From an uncultured delta proteobacterium (GTDB taxonomy: Bacteria; Myxococcota; B64-G9): a stretch of 34,472 nt of DNA. The DNA lies in assembly GCA_963754925.1 (NCBI GenBank), contig CAVWHX010000008.1, forward strand, positions 1 through 34,472, given 5' to 3'. The notes beneath the pieces were generated by a model that saw only the letters and a list, made by a program, of their open reading frames with translations, did not search any database and was not told where the DNA came from. The translations under genes and the position numbers were made by a program. Positions 8,066 to 17,964 of the stretch are shown piece after piece. Positions within the stretch are counted from its first letter, which is position 1; every line of letters starts with the position of its first letter.

Positions 8066-8602
8066 ATGGTTCCGTTGCGGAAAAAAGCTGGTACATTTTT
8101 ACACACCTTCGGCGTCGTGCAGTTGCAGCGACTGGAAGGACTGTTTGAACTCGCACAGGAAGTCACCGGCGAGTTTTACCGCATGGGCACCGATGAGGCC
8201 CGCTGCGTACCCTATGAATTTCATACCCTGGCGGAGCTCCGTCAGGAAGAGATTCACGAACACGGGGTTCTCGCCGATATAGCGCGGTACCAGTACGCCG
8301 ATCGCGCCTTTGGACGTAAGCGCGATCTCTATCGGGTCAATATCCAAGACCATAATGTCCTTCAGAGTCTCAACCGACCCAAAGACCGCATCGCTTTTTC
8401 GCCGCTGATGCTCTATGTGCTCACTCATGAGATAGTGCACGTTATCCGCTTTGTGAAATTTTTGGCGCCATTTCATATGGATGAGAAAGATCGGGCCACT
8501 GAAGAGAACCGGGTCCACAGCATTACCCAATCAATTCTGTCGCGCGTTCCCCTGCCGGGGATGGATCACGTGCTTACGAGGTACTTGCACTTGGCAGAAT
8601 AA
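8066..8602 (+). CDS. Hypothetical protein with an HExxH zincin-like motif
   Basis: YVLTHEIVHVIRF followed by EENRVH (candidate third Zn ligand). Confidence 0.6.
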   Translation: MVPLRKKAGTFLHTFGVVQLQRLEGLFELAQEVTGEFYRMGTDEARCVPYEFHTLAELRQEEIHEHGVLADIARYQYADRAFGRKRDLYRVNIQDHNVLQSLNRPKDRIAFSPLMLYVLTHEIVHVIRFVKFLAPFHMDEKDRATEENRVHSITQSILSRVPLPGMDHVLTRYLHLAE

Positions 8603-8639
8603 TGCGGCGTGCGAAGCATCCCCTGGGTGCCATTCTTTG

Positions 8640-9431
8640 TTATTCTTTTAGCTCGCGCAGGAATTCTTCTTTTGTCAGCAGGCCCTTTTTGGCTAACACG
8701 CGCATCAGTGCCCAAAAGTACTTCTCAAGCTTATCTATGGCTTCGCGTTCACTGATGACCGTCTCTCGCAACGAGTCCTGCATGACTTGGGCGGGGGCGG
8801 TCGGCAGCGGGGGCAATTGGGTTTGAGCCGGAGGAGCCTGCTGTAATTCCGACCGAACGCCGCGTAACCGAGGGTCGGTTTGGACCGATGTGTCGATCAT
8901 TTCGATCTCTCCACCCGGCCGGACTAGTTGCATGAACTCGTTATCAAACACCTTTCCTTGGTCTTCGCCAAGCGGGTTGATGTCGGCAATTTCGCCGCGA
9001 TAGTACTTTCGAATGGCTCTCCTGATTCCCGAAACGGTTGCGATCAGGGGTCGAATCTTACAGTCGGTGGTGAACTCGATCTCGTTGAGGACATCCACAT
9101 TGAGGGGGTCAGCCATGGCGACCGTGAGAATGCTCTTTCCTTTGGTTTGCTCAATGACGAGTGGAATGAGGTCATTATTTTCGCAAATAGCAACCGGTAT
9201 CGTACTAAGCGCCATAGATTCGATAGTGACTTTAGATACATCGACCGTCTGTAACCCCATCACTTCAGCGAGTACCTTGACGAGTGTTTCCTCGGTGATA
9301 AATCCCTTGGCAACTAATACCGCTCCCAGTCTTTTTCCAAATTGACGTTGATGGGCTAGGGCAGAGGTAAGCTGGGCCTGGTCAATGATGCCACGCTCGA
9401 TAAGTATTTCTCCTAGCTTCTTTCTGGCCAT
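8640..9431 (-). CDS. Stand-alone MshEN/GspE-N domain protein (candidate c-di-GMP receptor), no ATPase domain
   Basis: Tandem MshEN motifs KLGEILIERGIIDQAQLTSALAHQ and RLGAVLVAKGFITEETL, plus LTVAMADPLN. No Walker A motif. Confidence 0.85.
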   Translation of the reverse strand: MARKKLGEILIERGIIDQAQLTSALAHQRQFGKRLGAVLVAKGFITEETLVKVLAEVMGLQTVDVSKVTIESMALSTIPVAICENNDLIPLVIEQTKGKSILTVAMADPLNVDVLNEIEFTTDCKIRPLIATVSGIRRAIRKYYRGEIADINPLGEDQGKVFDNEFMQLVRPGGEIEMIDTSVQTDPRLRGVRSELQQAPPAQTQLPPLPTAPAQVMQDSLRETVISEREAIDKLEKYFWALMRVLAKKGLLTKEEFLRELKE

Positions 9432-9472
9432 GGTTAAGAAAACAACCTTTCACATAACTGCTTCTTTTATAA

Positions 9473-9502
9473 AGTGTATCAAACTAGAGGGCACTTGGTC
9501 AA
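9473..9502 (-). promoter_or_regulatory. Putative sigma70 promoter of the MshEN gene
   Basis: Minus strand TTGACC, 18 bp, TACACT. Confidence 0.5.
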
Positions 9503-9512
9503 GAAAGGCTTA

Positions 9513-10276
9513 CTATAACAAAAAGGGAATAACTGCTTTCCGATCGGATGGGTAATCAGGAAATTTTTCTTGATACCAGTGGTGATGCGCAATACCTCGG
9601 GGCAATAGGTTAGCAACCGTCCAAACGAAAAAGACCAGCGCGGCCGGTGACCAGGTAAGTAACGCGAAACCGAACCACTCTACCATTTCTCCAAAGTAGT
9701 TGGGAGCAGAAATAAACCGGTAGAGACCTCCCCTGGGAATGTGATAGCCGGTATCGCCCGGTTTTCGAAGGCGAAATAGTATAAGATCAGAATGACGATT
9801 GATCGCTAAGCCGCTAAAAAAAATGAGTATACCAATCAAGAACCGAGGATCGTAGAGCCAGCAATCAGGATACGGCTCGCTCAATGCCGAAAGATAACGG
9901 CCATTTTAAGTCAGCTGTTGATACCGTTAAAGAGAAATCCTGCAAGCATAATCACAACGGGCATGGTCTGAGCTTTACTTCGACGACGGAAGGGGAAAAT
10001 AAATGCACGGTAAAGGTAATGGAACTCCCAAAGAATAAGAAAGACCAAGAGAACACGCCCCATAGGTCGAGGTCCGATAATGAAATATATTGCGAACAGA
10101 ATCGCGGCCGGTGCTTCCATGATCACCCACCCAAGGGTGGCATTAATCCGCGGACCAAATCCAAGCCGCTCGTGCCTGCCATACGGAGCCGCTATGAACA
10201 GGAGAGCCACAAAGGTGACGGCCGATAGGGCGACAAACAGATACAAGACAATGTAAAAGAAAGTTTGTTCGGTCAT
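9513..10276 (-). CDS. 3-oxo-5-alpha-steroid 4-dehydrogenase (steroid 5-alpha-reductase) family membrane protein; apparent indels near 9905-9912
   Basis: APYGRH, GWVIMEAPA, HYLYRAFIFP, SDLILFRLRKPG..GYHIPRGGLY..ISAPNYFGE, NLLPRGIAHHHWY and RKAVIPF. Removing two extra bases restores ...NSYLNGRYL... Confidence 0.88.
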
Positions 10277-10334
10277 TTCGTAACCTCAAACATGACGTTT
10301 TGTGATAGCACGATTTTCGTGTATATCATGCTGA

Positions 10335-11546
10335 ATGAACTGGCGGCAAACATTCGCAGCCCTTAAATATCGTAACTACCGGCTCTGGTTTATCGGTCAA
10401 CTTACCTCGCTTTTCGGCACTTGGATGCAGGCGACCGCGCTCGGGTATCTGGTGTTCGAGCTGACGCACTCATCGGAATACCTCGGCTATGTCGCGTTTA
10501 CGTCGGGACTTCCCAGTTGGTTGTTCATGCTCTACGCAGGCGTGATTGCCGACAGACTGCCACGGCGCCTATTGCTGCTTATCACCCAATCGGTCATGAT
10601 GGTGCTGGCGCTGGTTTTGTCGGTTCTCACCTTCGCCGATTGGATACACCCGTGGCACATCCTCGTTTTGGCGTTCGGGGGTGGGGTAGCGAATGCCTTC
10701 GATGCTCCGGCGCGCCAATCGTTTGTGCTCGAAATGGTCACCCGCGAGGATCTGACTAATGCAATAGCGCTCAACTCCTCAATGTTTAACGCCGCCTTAG
10801 CATTGGGGCCTGCCCTGGGCGGCGTGACGTACTCGCTGTTCGGGCCAGGATGGTGTTTTGTTCTCAACGCGCTTTCGTTTGTTGCGGTGATCGTCGCCCT
10901 TCTACTCATGGACATACCAACTCAGCCTCCACCGCAGAATCGGCGTTCCGCGATATCCGAGTTGCATGACGGGTTGCGCCATGCGCTCGGTCAGCCAATC
11001 ATAAGAACGTTGATCGGTCTGGTGGCGCTGACCAGCCTGTTTGGCGTTTCATATATGACCCTGATACCGGCTTGGTCGGTAAAGATTTTGGGCGGCGACG
11101 CCACGACGAACGGATTGTTGAATTCAGCGCGAGGGATAGGCGCGCTGCTGGGAGCTTTGCTCATTGCTTCTTTGGGGCGCTTCCACTTCCGGGGTAAGCT
11201 CCTCATGATTGGCATGATATCATTTCCCATCACACTCGTTATCTTTTCTTTTGTGCGCTGGGAGGCATTCGCGTTGCTGGTAATGGTGTTTTCGGGTATA
11301 TCGCTCATCCTCATTTTCAATCTGGCCAACTCCTTGGTTCAACTCCAAGCAGCGGATGAGATGCGTGGTCGGGTCATGGGCGTTTACAGTTTGACCTTCT
11401 TTGGCTTCCTACCGGTCGGCGGTTTGCTGATGGGTGCGGTTGCCGAGCGCATCGGGGAACCGGACACCCTATTAGCGGGTTCGCTCGTCCTGTTGGCATT
11501 CGCCCTGTTGATCCTATGGTCGCAACCGAGGCTACGCTCACTCTGA
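10335..11546 (+). CDS. MFS transporter (EntS/DHA3-like)
   Basis: About 12 hydrophobic segments, GVIADRLPRR (motif A), AFDAPARQS and DEMRGRVMG. Confidence 0.92.
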   Translation: MNWRQTFAALKYRNYRLWFIGQLTSLFGTWMQATALGYLVFELTHSSEYLGYVAFTSGLPSWLFMLYAGVIADRLPRRLLLLITQSVMMVLALVLSVLTFADWIHPWHILVLAFGGGVANAFDAPARQSFVLEMVTREDLTNAIALNSSMFNAALALGPALGGVTYSLFGPGWCFVLNALSFVAVIVALLLMDIPTQPPPQNRRSAISELHDGLRHALGQPIIRTLIGLVALTSLFGVSYMTLIPAWSVKILGGDATTNGLLNSARGIGALLGALLIASLGRFHFRGKLLMIGMISFPITLVIFSFVRWEAFALLVMVFSGISLILIFNLANSLVQLQAADEMRGRVMGVYSLTFFGFLPVGGLLMGAVAERIGEPDTLLAGSLVLLAFALLILWSQPRLRSL

Positions 11547-12388
11547 CGGAATTGGGGGTCAAAAATACGTTCCGCTTTGGAAAAAACGTTTTGTAACACT
11601 TCCAACACGGCGGCTTGATCCGAACGATCTTTTATTTCTTTGAAACTGAGTTCGAGGATCCGATTTGCCTGTGGGGCTGCTGCCAGAGCCAGTGCTATAG
11701 CACCCCAATTTAACACGCCATCTCCCAACGATAAGTGATCATCCTCTGCGCCATGGTTATCGTGGAGGTGCGTGGTTACCAAACGATCTCCCAACATACG
11801 GATTGCGGCGATGGGGTCCTCAGCTATCGCCGCATGTCCGACATCCAGGCAGGCTTTCAGACGTAAGTGATTTCGCCGTTCGATCAAAGAAACAATTCTC
11901 TCAACCGACAACAGCGGCGTGATGATGTTTTCAAGCGCCAACGTAACGCCTTGTGCTTCGGCAATGTTAAGGACAACGTCGAGATCTGCTTCGAATCTCT
12001 TTTGTGCGATAGCGAGCGGTTCTTGGCTGGACCCGGCGGCATGTAACACGGCCAAATCAGTGCCGGTGTCTTCCATCTCATTAAGCACATTGGTAACCAG
12101 TCGCATGGCCGTTGCCGCATCCGTACGATTGCAATCACCCAATCCAAGGAATCGAAAGTCGGGATCGCCAAACTTCCGGTAAAACGGAAGGTGCACCGAA
12201 TACACCTGCAAGCCAGCACCTCGAGCCAAATCGACTGCGCGAGCCACGGCACCCGGCTGCTCAACATCCAGGTGAGGGGCCATTGCCCAAAGCTCCACCC
12301 CTGAAAAACCTGCGTCCCTCGTAATTCGCAACAGGTCTTGATCGAGTGGCCACAGAGCAAATAGGTGCGTGCTGATTCCGATTTTCAT
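11384..12388 (-). CDS. Sugar phosphate isomerase/epimerase (AP endonuclease 2 TIM barrel); true 3' end probably near 11558
   Basis: LALEN, CLDVGH, THLHDNHG..DDHL.LGDG and ILE are the metal-binding motifs of the family. Confidence 0.85.
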   Translation of the reverse strand: MKIGISTHLFALWPLDQDLLRITRDAGFSGVELWAMAPHLDVEQPGAVARAVDLARGAGLQVYSVHLPFYRKFGDPDFRFLGLGDCNRTDAATAMRLVTNVLNEMEDTGTDLAVLHAAGSSQEPLAIAQKRFEADLDVVLNIAEAQGVTLALENIITPLLSVERIVSLIERRNHLRLKACLDVGHAAIAEDPIAAIRMLGDRLVTTHLHDNHGAEDDHLSLGDGVLNWGAIALALAAAPQANRILELSFKEIKDRSDQAAVLEVLQNVFSKAERIFDPQFRQSERSLGCDHRINRANANRTSEPANRVSGSPMRSATAPISKPPTGRKPKKVKL

Positions 12389-12396
12389 GGGAGTTG

Positions 12397-12425
12397 ATGA
12401 TAGAAGTTGTTAATCAGAGCGTCAA
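12397..12425 (-). promoter_or_regulatory. Sigma70 promoter, near-leaderless
   Basis: Minus strand TTGACG, 17 bp, TATCAT, 8 nt, then ATG at 12388. No SD. Confidence 0.65.
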
Positions 12426-12432
12426 GATACGA

Positions 12433-14924
12433 TTACGCCATTTCTGATTCTACGATCGGGACAACCAATCCATCAATATAGCATTCTGAGATTTGTGCCG
12501 CTCCGTCATTGCCGAGGACGTAGAACAAAACGATTTTAACAAATCCCTCGCAATCGATTCGTTTCAGGTCTTTGAGTTGATCTTCGGTTACCGGATTTTT
12601 GCTGAATATGTCGAAACATCCCTTCGAAGTTTTAACCAGTGCATAAAGAGTAAAGAAGGTATGCTCAGTTGGGAATAGGTCCGAATAACGCGTAAAGTCT
12701 GAATCTGCCCAGAATCTCCCGTCGCTGATTGGTGTTAAGACATCGTGCCGTCCGGTTCCTATCGCAAAATTGCAACCATAGTGTTTCTTGTGTTTTTCGT
12801 ATTCCACTACGTTATTCCATTTCGTCGGCGTGGTCTCCCTCTTATATGTTTTATCCAACTCTAGATTAATTAACAGTTTGCTCTGAAAGTATTGTTTCCC
12901 TCTCTTCTCCTGATATGGCGTTTTAACATAATCAAGACAAGGACATGATGCTGGAATTTCCTTTGTTAGACTTGGGTATTGACCGTTGAGAAACATCTTC
13001 GTCACCGGATCGGAATAACGAGGGTTATATTTTGCCGGAGGCGTGCCAAGTCCTTTCACATCGCCGATAAAATAGAATGCGAGTCGATCCTTCGCTTCAA
13101 GTTCGGGAATAGACGCCTCTACCCACAGAGAGAGACGATGTCGAATATCTTGAGAAACCAACGTATTCTCTTTTTGGAGACTTGATGTCAATACCGGGTT
13201 GGACTGCTCAAGAGGTCCTGTCGTAGGTTTGAAGAAGGTTTTAAGATTGACATTGGTAGAAGTACCGTACTTTGATGCGACCCTAATCCTATCAATATAG
13301 GCATCGCTATTTGACTCGCAAACAGCGTTTATATCGTCGAACTCATTCACTTGGCAGGTGATAAATGCTTCATTCCCTTGTTTATAACCATAGGTTCCTT
13401 CGAAATCGTAGGTCGCCGTCTTCTGTTTAAGGTCTGATCGATTCCGCTTGTATTCTAATTTGTGTCCACCGGTTTTATCGAAAACGTGAACAAAATTGAG
13501 TCGCGTTATGACCTCAAAGCTGGTGTCTGACCGGACCCTCTCCACTTGCAGTCCTAACCCGGTATCGAGATTCCAGAAACAACCGAGACTACCCAAAAAG
13601 TTAGGGTTCTTCGTGGCCGCGTGCGAATAATCAAGCGTAAATCTCGAGGCAACGTTACGTGCGATATCTAAAAAATATGGTAGAGCCTTTTAAATGCATA
13701 AAATCGTGTTTAACCGTATTTCTTCACCTTTTCTAGCGATGGGCACGCGAAGTAGTTGACCATATTCAACGTGTACCAATCCGATCCTCGGTTATTCGCG
13801 GTCGCAAAAGCCCCAACCTTTCGTCTTTCATCATTACTGGTTGACCTTTCCATGCGCATTTGGTCAGACACCGCTTCCGTGGCGGCTTCTTTGAAGACAT
13901 CATCCGTCGGATAGGCGCCCTTTGTCTTATTGACGACAACCTGATGAATAAAGGGATCGATGCTTCCGGAGCGAAGCCGATCCGCAAAGATACGGGGAAA
14001 ATTGAAGCCCGTTTCAATAGCGAGTCTCACGGCTTCTATTGAAAGAATCTTTTTTATTCTTTTCTGTCTGTCTGCCGGTTGTTTTTCTGCTTCGCGAAGG
14101 AGGGTTTCGACTGAAGGAAAGTTGAGAGATGCTGTCCATTCACGTCCTTCATCGCTGAATATTTTTCCATAATCGCTGAAATATCGATATCGTGCATAGG
14201 TGTCCCAAAAATGTTCAACCTTGTTGTGAGTGCTCCAAAGATTCACCAATTCCTGTGTTACACCCTGTTCATTTTTCCATGGTTTGTCGAGAATATTGTA
14301 GGCGCCCGCCGACACATTTACCAATTGGTGGACAACCAAGTCGGTGGCCAGGTGAGTTGCCATCCCCAGGAAGTATGAAAACTCCGCCCTCGCAGATAGT
14401 GTGGCCTTATCCCATCCCGCCTCGGGGGGCGCATTTTCATCCGAGGTGCCTAAAATAATTTTTGGATCAATTTTACTCAGTCTCGCGGCGCTAACTCTAA
14501 ATTGCTGGTGGGTTCTATTATAATGGCCTAAGTCAAAGTGAAGACCAGCGGTCATCTTCTTGCTTGAAAGTTTTGATTCAGAGCCCATCGTCCAGAAATC
14601 GGGACCACATGCGCCTAACGCAAAAGCCGAAAAGCACGTGACCGCGTTATAGTCGCGTGGTTTTCTGGCGAGATTTCCATAATATGTGTTTGCGACATCC
14701 CAGAATCTATCTCGTACATGCGTATTGAAAGAAATTGGGTTCTTGAAAAAGCCAAAAAGTTCGTCGTCGCTCGCAATACTATTAAGTTCCTCACGGACAC
14801 TCGCGCCTAGTGCTAATGTATTCAATCGATAGAATTCAAATCCCCGGGTCAAATACCAGGGAACATCGAATTGACCAGAAAGCCCTCGAAACGCTACCAG
14901 CCAGTGAACATTGAAATTGGGCAT
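12433..14924 (-). CDS. Large protein with an N-terminal zinc-dependent phospholipase C/P1-nuclease-like domain and an unknown C-terminal region; probably one gene split by indels near 13690-13712
   Basis: MPNFNVHW, LGACGPDFW, GHY, YFLGMATHLATDLVVH and HNKVEHFWD. The frame of ORF 12433-13596 stays open upstream (KALPYFLDIARN...) to about 13690. Confidence 0.6.
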
Positions 14925-14938
14925 GCCTTACCCGTTCG

Positions 14939-16786
14939 CTATCGTGATACTGCGTAGTAACCAAGCTCAGGTTTCTGTCCCAGCTCATGCCATGTTTGCA
15001 GCGCATCGACGATGTTGACCGATTGATCCTTCATCCGCCAAACGGGTCGGGCGGGGCCACTGGCATCGGGCGGTCCAATCTTCGAAAAATATCCGGACAA
15101 CTTGAACGATAGTGCGTTAACTCCACGCCGTATCACCTGCACGCTAATTTCGGGTGGCAGTAATACGCCTTCAAGCCATGCTGTATGTTGGGGTGAAAAA
15201 GGTTTCGATCCAAATGCACCGACAATCGGGTTCAACAACTCCGATTCCATTGATCCTCGTTTGTATTGCGTTGCGCTCTCCTTCATTTCTCGATACAATT
15301 CCGGCAGGTATTGTTCAAAATCTTTCAAGGAACGGATGTCGGCGGTAACATTTTTTCTTTTCTTCTCGTCCTCAACAAGAGACGAAATGACGTCGAATTC
15401 CAGAATCGATGCCTCCTCGATGGCCGCTAGTCGGTCTTGAGGCAGGAACTGCTTGGCAGCTTTTTCAACCTCATCGTCGATCAACTTTCTTGCCTGAGGA
15501 TCGCGCGACTGCATCGCTAACAAGTAGTCCGGATCATTCGGCAGCGGGTAAACGCCAACAAATTGGTGCTGGGGTGAATCGAGTTGAATTTCACGAAGCG
15601 GCTCGGGGCCCTTGGCGGGCACGAGGTTGCCGTTAGCTGCCTTGTAAAAAATACCTTCTTGATCGATTGCATAGATATTGGTTTCTTTTATAAACTGTGC
15701 CTTGGGGTTTGATTCGGGATCGAGTACCCCAAGGAGAGAGAAATCTACTCCTCTTGGGAGCCACTTTTGGAGTGATACCAAGCGAATCCAATTGGCAGGC
15801 TTAGTGGGAGAGACAAAGTATATGTTCTCCTCAGGTTCAAAGATCACAGCCTGGTCGCTCTGCGGTAGGAAAACGAACTGAAGACCGTATTCAACCATTT
15901 CAACATATACCTTCCGGGGGGGCGCCAGCGCCTCACCGTCAGGTCGATGCCTTGACATATAGATTTTACGTTCACCTTCCTCCTCACGCATGCTGCAGAC
16001 CATGAGCTCATCGATACCGCTTGAGCCGGGTTTGTTCAAAGCGCCAAGCGCCAAGATCTTGGAGACATTGAATCCCATGTCCTTCAAGATTATGGTGTTG
16101 ATGCCGCTCTCATCTATCCGTAGGATCGTATACCGTTCACTAAGATCGACCTGCGTATGTTGTCCAGATTCTGATCCGTCGGATTCGTCTTGGAGCTCAA
16201 AAATCAAATAGATGACATCGTGGCCCTTTGCGCGAGCCCGAAACGAATATATTACTTCGTTGATAGGACGTTTTGATTTTTTGCTCGGGATCTCGAACGA
16301 AAACAGCCGCTTTTCTGCGTTATAGACTTCAACAATACCCTGGTGCCTTGGCAAGATGAGTTCATCGATGCCGTCGCCATTTATGTCCGCCGTGAGCATA
16401 TAATCTTCATCAAACGCTTCAGTTGCGTCTTCGGTCTCATCCATTGGAATAGTTCCGCTAAAAGTTATGGGAAAATCGCCAGAGCGAAAAAGTCCTAATT
16501 TGCCCCCTGATTTCTTGTCGATATGATCGATCCTCTCCAGCAACGAACGTCGCCGCTCTCCGACTTCGACATGAACATACAGTGCGGAAGATATATCAGC
16601 AGCAGACCACAGCACGATCGGACTAAGTTTGTTATAGACCGCGCTGCCAGCGCTTGTATCAATAACACCAGGTTGAATGTTCCCAAGTTTTTGAACATTA
16701 GCTGAGTTCATGGCTTTCTCCTGAATAGCCGTATCTACCAATTTGCTCTCGGATTTCTTGCAGGAACTAGTTAGAAAAGCCGTCAC
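14939..16786 (-). CDS. Putative lipoprotein with an FG-GAP/VCBS-type Ca-binding motif (start uncertain)
   Basis: In-frame hydrophobic ATILTIFVTAFLTSS-C-KK and ADINGDGIDELIL. The stop lies 14 bp before the PLC-like gene. Confidence 0.6.
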   Translation of the reverse strand: MTAFLTSSCKKSESKLVDTAIQEKAMNSANVQKLGNIQPGVIDTSAGSAVYNKLSPIVLWSAADISSALYVHVEVGERRRSLLERIDHIDKKSGGKLGLFRSGDFPITFSGTIPMDETEDATEAFDEDYMLTADINGDGIDELILPRHQGIVEVYNAEKRLFSFEIPSKKSKRPINEVIYSFRARAKGHDVIYLIFELQDESDGSESGQHTQVDLSERYTILRIDESGINTIILKDMGFNVSKILALGALNKPGSSGIDELMVCSMREEEGERKIYMSRHRPDGEALAPPRKVYVEMVEYGLQFVFLPQSDQAVIFEPEENIYFVSPTKPANWIRLVSLQKWLPRGVDFSLLGVLDPESNPKAQFIKETNIYAIDQEGIFYKAANGNLVPAKGPEPLREIQLDSPQHQFVGVYPLPNDPDYLLAMQSRDPQARKLIDDEVEKAAKQFLPQDRLAAIEEASILEFDVISSLVEDEKKRKNVTADIRSLKDFEQYLPELYREMKESATQYKRGSMESELLNPIVGAFGSKPFSPQHTAWLEGVLLPPEISVQVIRRGVNALSFKLSGYFSKIGPPDASGPARPVWRMKDQSVNIVDALQTWHELGQKPELGYYAVSR

Positions 16787-16927
16787 AAAAATTGTCAGAA
16801 TCGTTGCGTTACAACCTATTAGAAGTTAACAATTAGGTCAATAATAAGATCTTATGAGATCCCGATTAACCGAGATCTCGGGGTATTTTCTAAAATGTAG
16901 TAGAACGTCCATAGTAATACTTTTATT

Positions 16928-16956
16928 TTGCCTTACAACGACTTATGTGATATATT
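16928..16956 (+). promoter_or_regulatory. Sigma70 promoter of the OFOR operon
   Basis: TTGCCT, 17 bp, TATATT with a TGn extension. Confidence 0.55.
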
Positions 16957-16977
16957 TTTTTGGGGTGTCGTGAGGTG

Positions 16978-17712
16978 ATGGGTACTTCAAAACGAGTGGA
17001 CTTCGTGCCTGAAAAACGCCTCATAATGGTGGTGGGGAACTATGGTTCAGGAAAAACCGAGGTAGCAGTCAACCTAGCGCTCTTCTTGGCACACCAAGGT
17101 CATAACGTTCAAATCGCCGATCTCGACATTGTCAACCTGTACTTTCGTTGCCGCGAAGATCGCACGCTTCTTGAGACGGCAGGTATTAAAGTCGTTGTCC
17201 CAACAGGCGCAAACGCTTCAGCCGATTTGCCCATTGTGCTTCCCGAGATCAAGGGCATGCTCGAGGCGAAAGGTGATCAAATACGTATTTTTGATGTTGG
17301 CGGCGACCCGGTGGGTGCGCGGATATTGTCTAGCTTTAATGAGTCGTTACACGACAAGCCGTACGCGCTTTGGCAGGTGATCAATAACCGTCGGCCAACC
17401 ACCGATACCGTGGACGGCTGCCTAACTATGCTGGCCGGAATCGAAGCAGCGTCGCGCTTGAAGATAACCGGGTTGATCGTTAACTCTCATCTAGTTACCG
17501 AGACCACCACGGCGGTGATTTTGGAAGGATACCGATTGGCACAGGAGGTCTCTTTCAAGACCGGATTGCCGATCGTGTTTGTCACGGCCATGGGGCCGCT
17601 CTACGATGATCCCGAACTCGATACCATCAGAGCGCCGTTGTTGCGGCTGAATCGCTACCTGCTACCGCCCTGGCTGGATTCGAAAAGGCAGCCAGCGACC
17701 TGCGCGGGGTGA
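16978..17712 (+). CDS. P-loop ATPase (CobQ/MinD/ParA-like) of the type found upstream of vor/kor operons
   Basis: GNYGSGKT, ADLDIVNLYFRCRE, ADLP and DVGGDPVGARIL. SD GAGGTG. Confidence 0.8.
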   Translation: MGTSKRVDFVPEKRLIMVVGNYGSGKTEVAVNLALFLAHQGHNVQIADLDIVNLYFRCREDRTLLETAGIKVVVPTGANASADLPIVLPEIKGMLEAKGDQIRIFDVGGDPVGARILSSFNESLHDKPYALWQVINNRRPTTDTVDGCLTMLAGIEAASRLKITGLIVNSHLVTETTTAVILEGYRLAQEVSFKTGLPIVFVTAMGPLYDDPELDTIRAPLLRLNRYLLPPWLDSKRQPATCAG

Positions 17713-17716
17713 GCTC

Positions 17717-17950
17717 ATGCCGAAGGCGGTTATCAACACAGAACGCTGCAAGGGTTGCGAACGCTGCAACGACGCCTGTTCCCAGCACGTCTTGGCAATG
17801 TCAAAGGTGCTCAATTCCAGGGGTTACCCGTACGCCCAGGTGGTTGACCCGTGGCGCTGCATTGGGTGCCGGTTGTGCGCCATCTCGTGCCCGGACGTTG
17901 CCATCGAGATTTTCGTGGAAGGCGTACAGTATGAGTTTTTTCAATACTGA
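17717..17950 (+). CDS. 2x[4Fe-4S] ferredoxin (OFOR delta subunit)
   Basis: [11 protein letters not shown] and [13 protein letters not shown]. Confidence 0.9.
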   Translation: MPKAVINTERCKGCERCNDACSQHVLAMSKVLNSRGYPYAQVVDPWRCIGCRLCAISCPDVAIEIFVEGVQYEFFQY

Positions 17951-17964
17951 CCGGGAGTCCCCTT

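Noticed and set aside
11384..11560. 163-bp antisense overlap between the MFS gene and the TIM-barrel gene
   Set aside because: One extra T in the run on the minus strand (ATTTTTGA) would give a stop near 11558, so it is likely an indel artefact.
16870..16960. 12-bp palindrome CCGAGATCTCGG and a Rex-like half site (TGTGATATATT) upstream of the OFOR operon
   Set aside because: Each is a single occurrence, and only half of the Rex consensus matches. This is not enough to call an operator.
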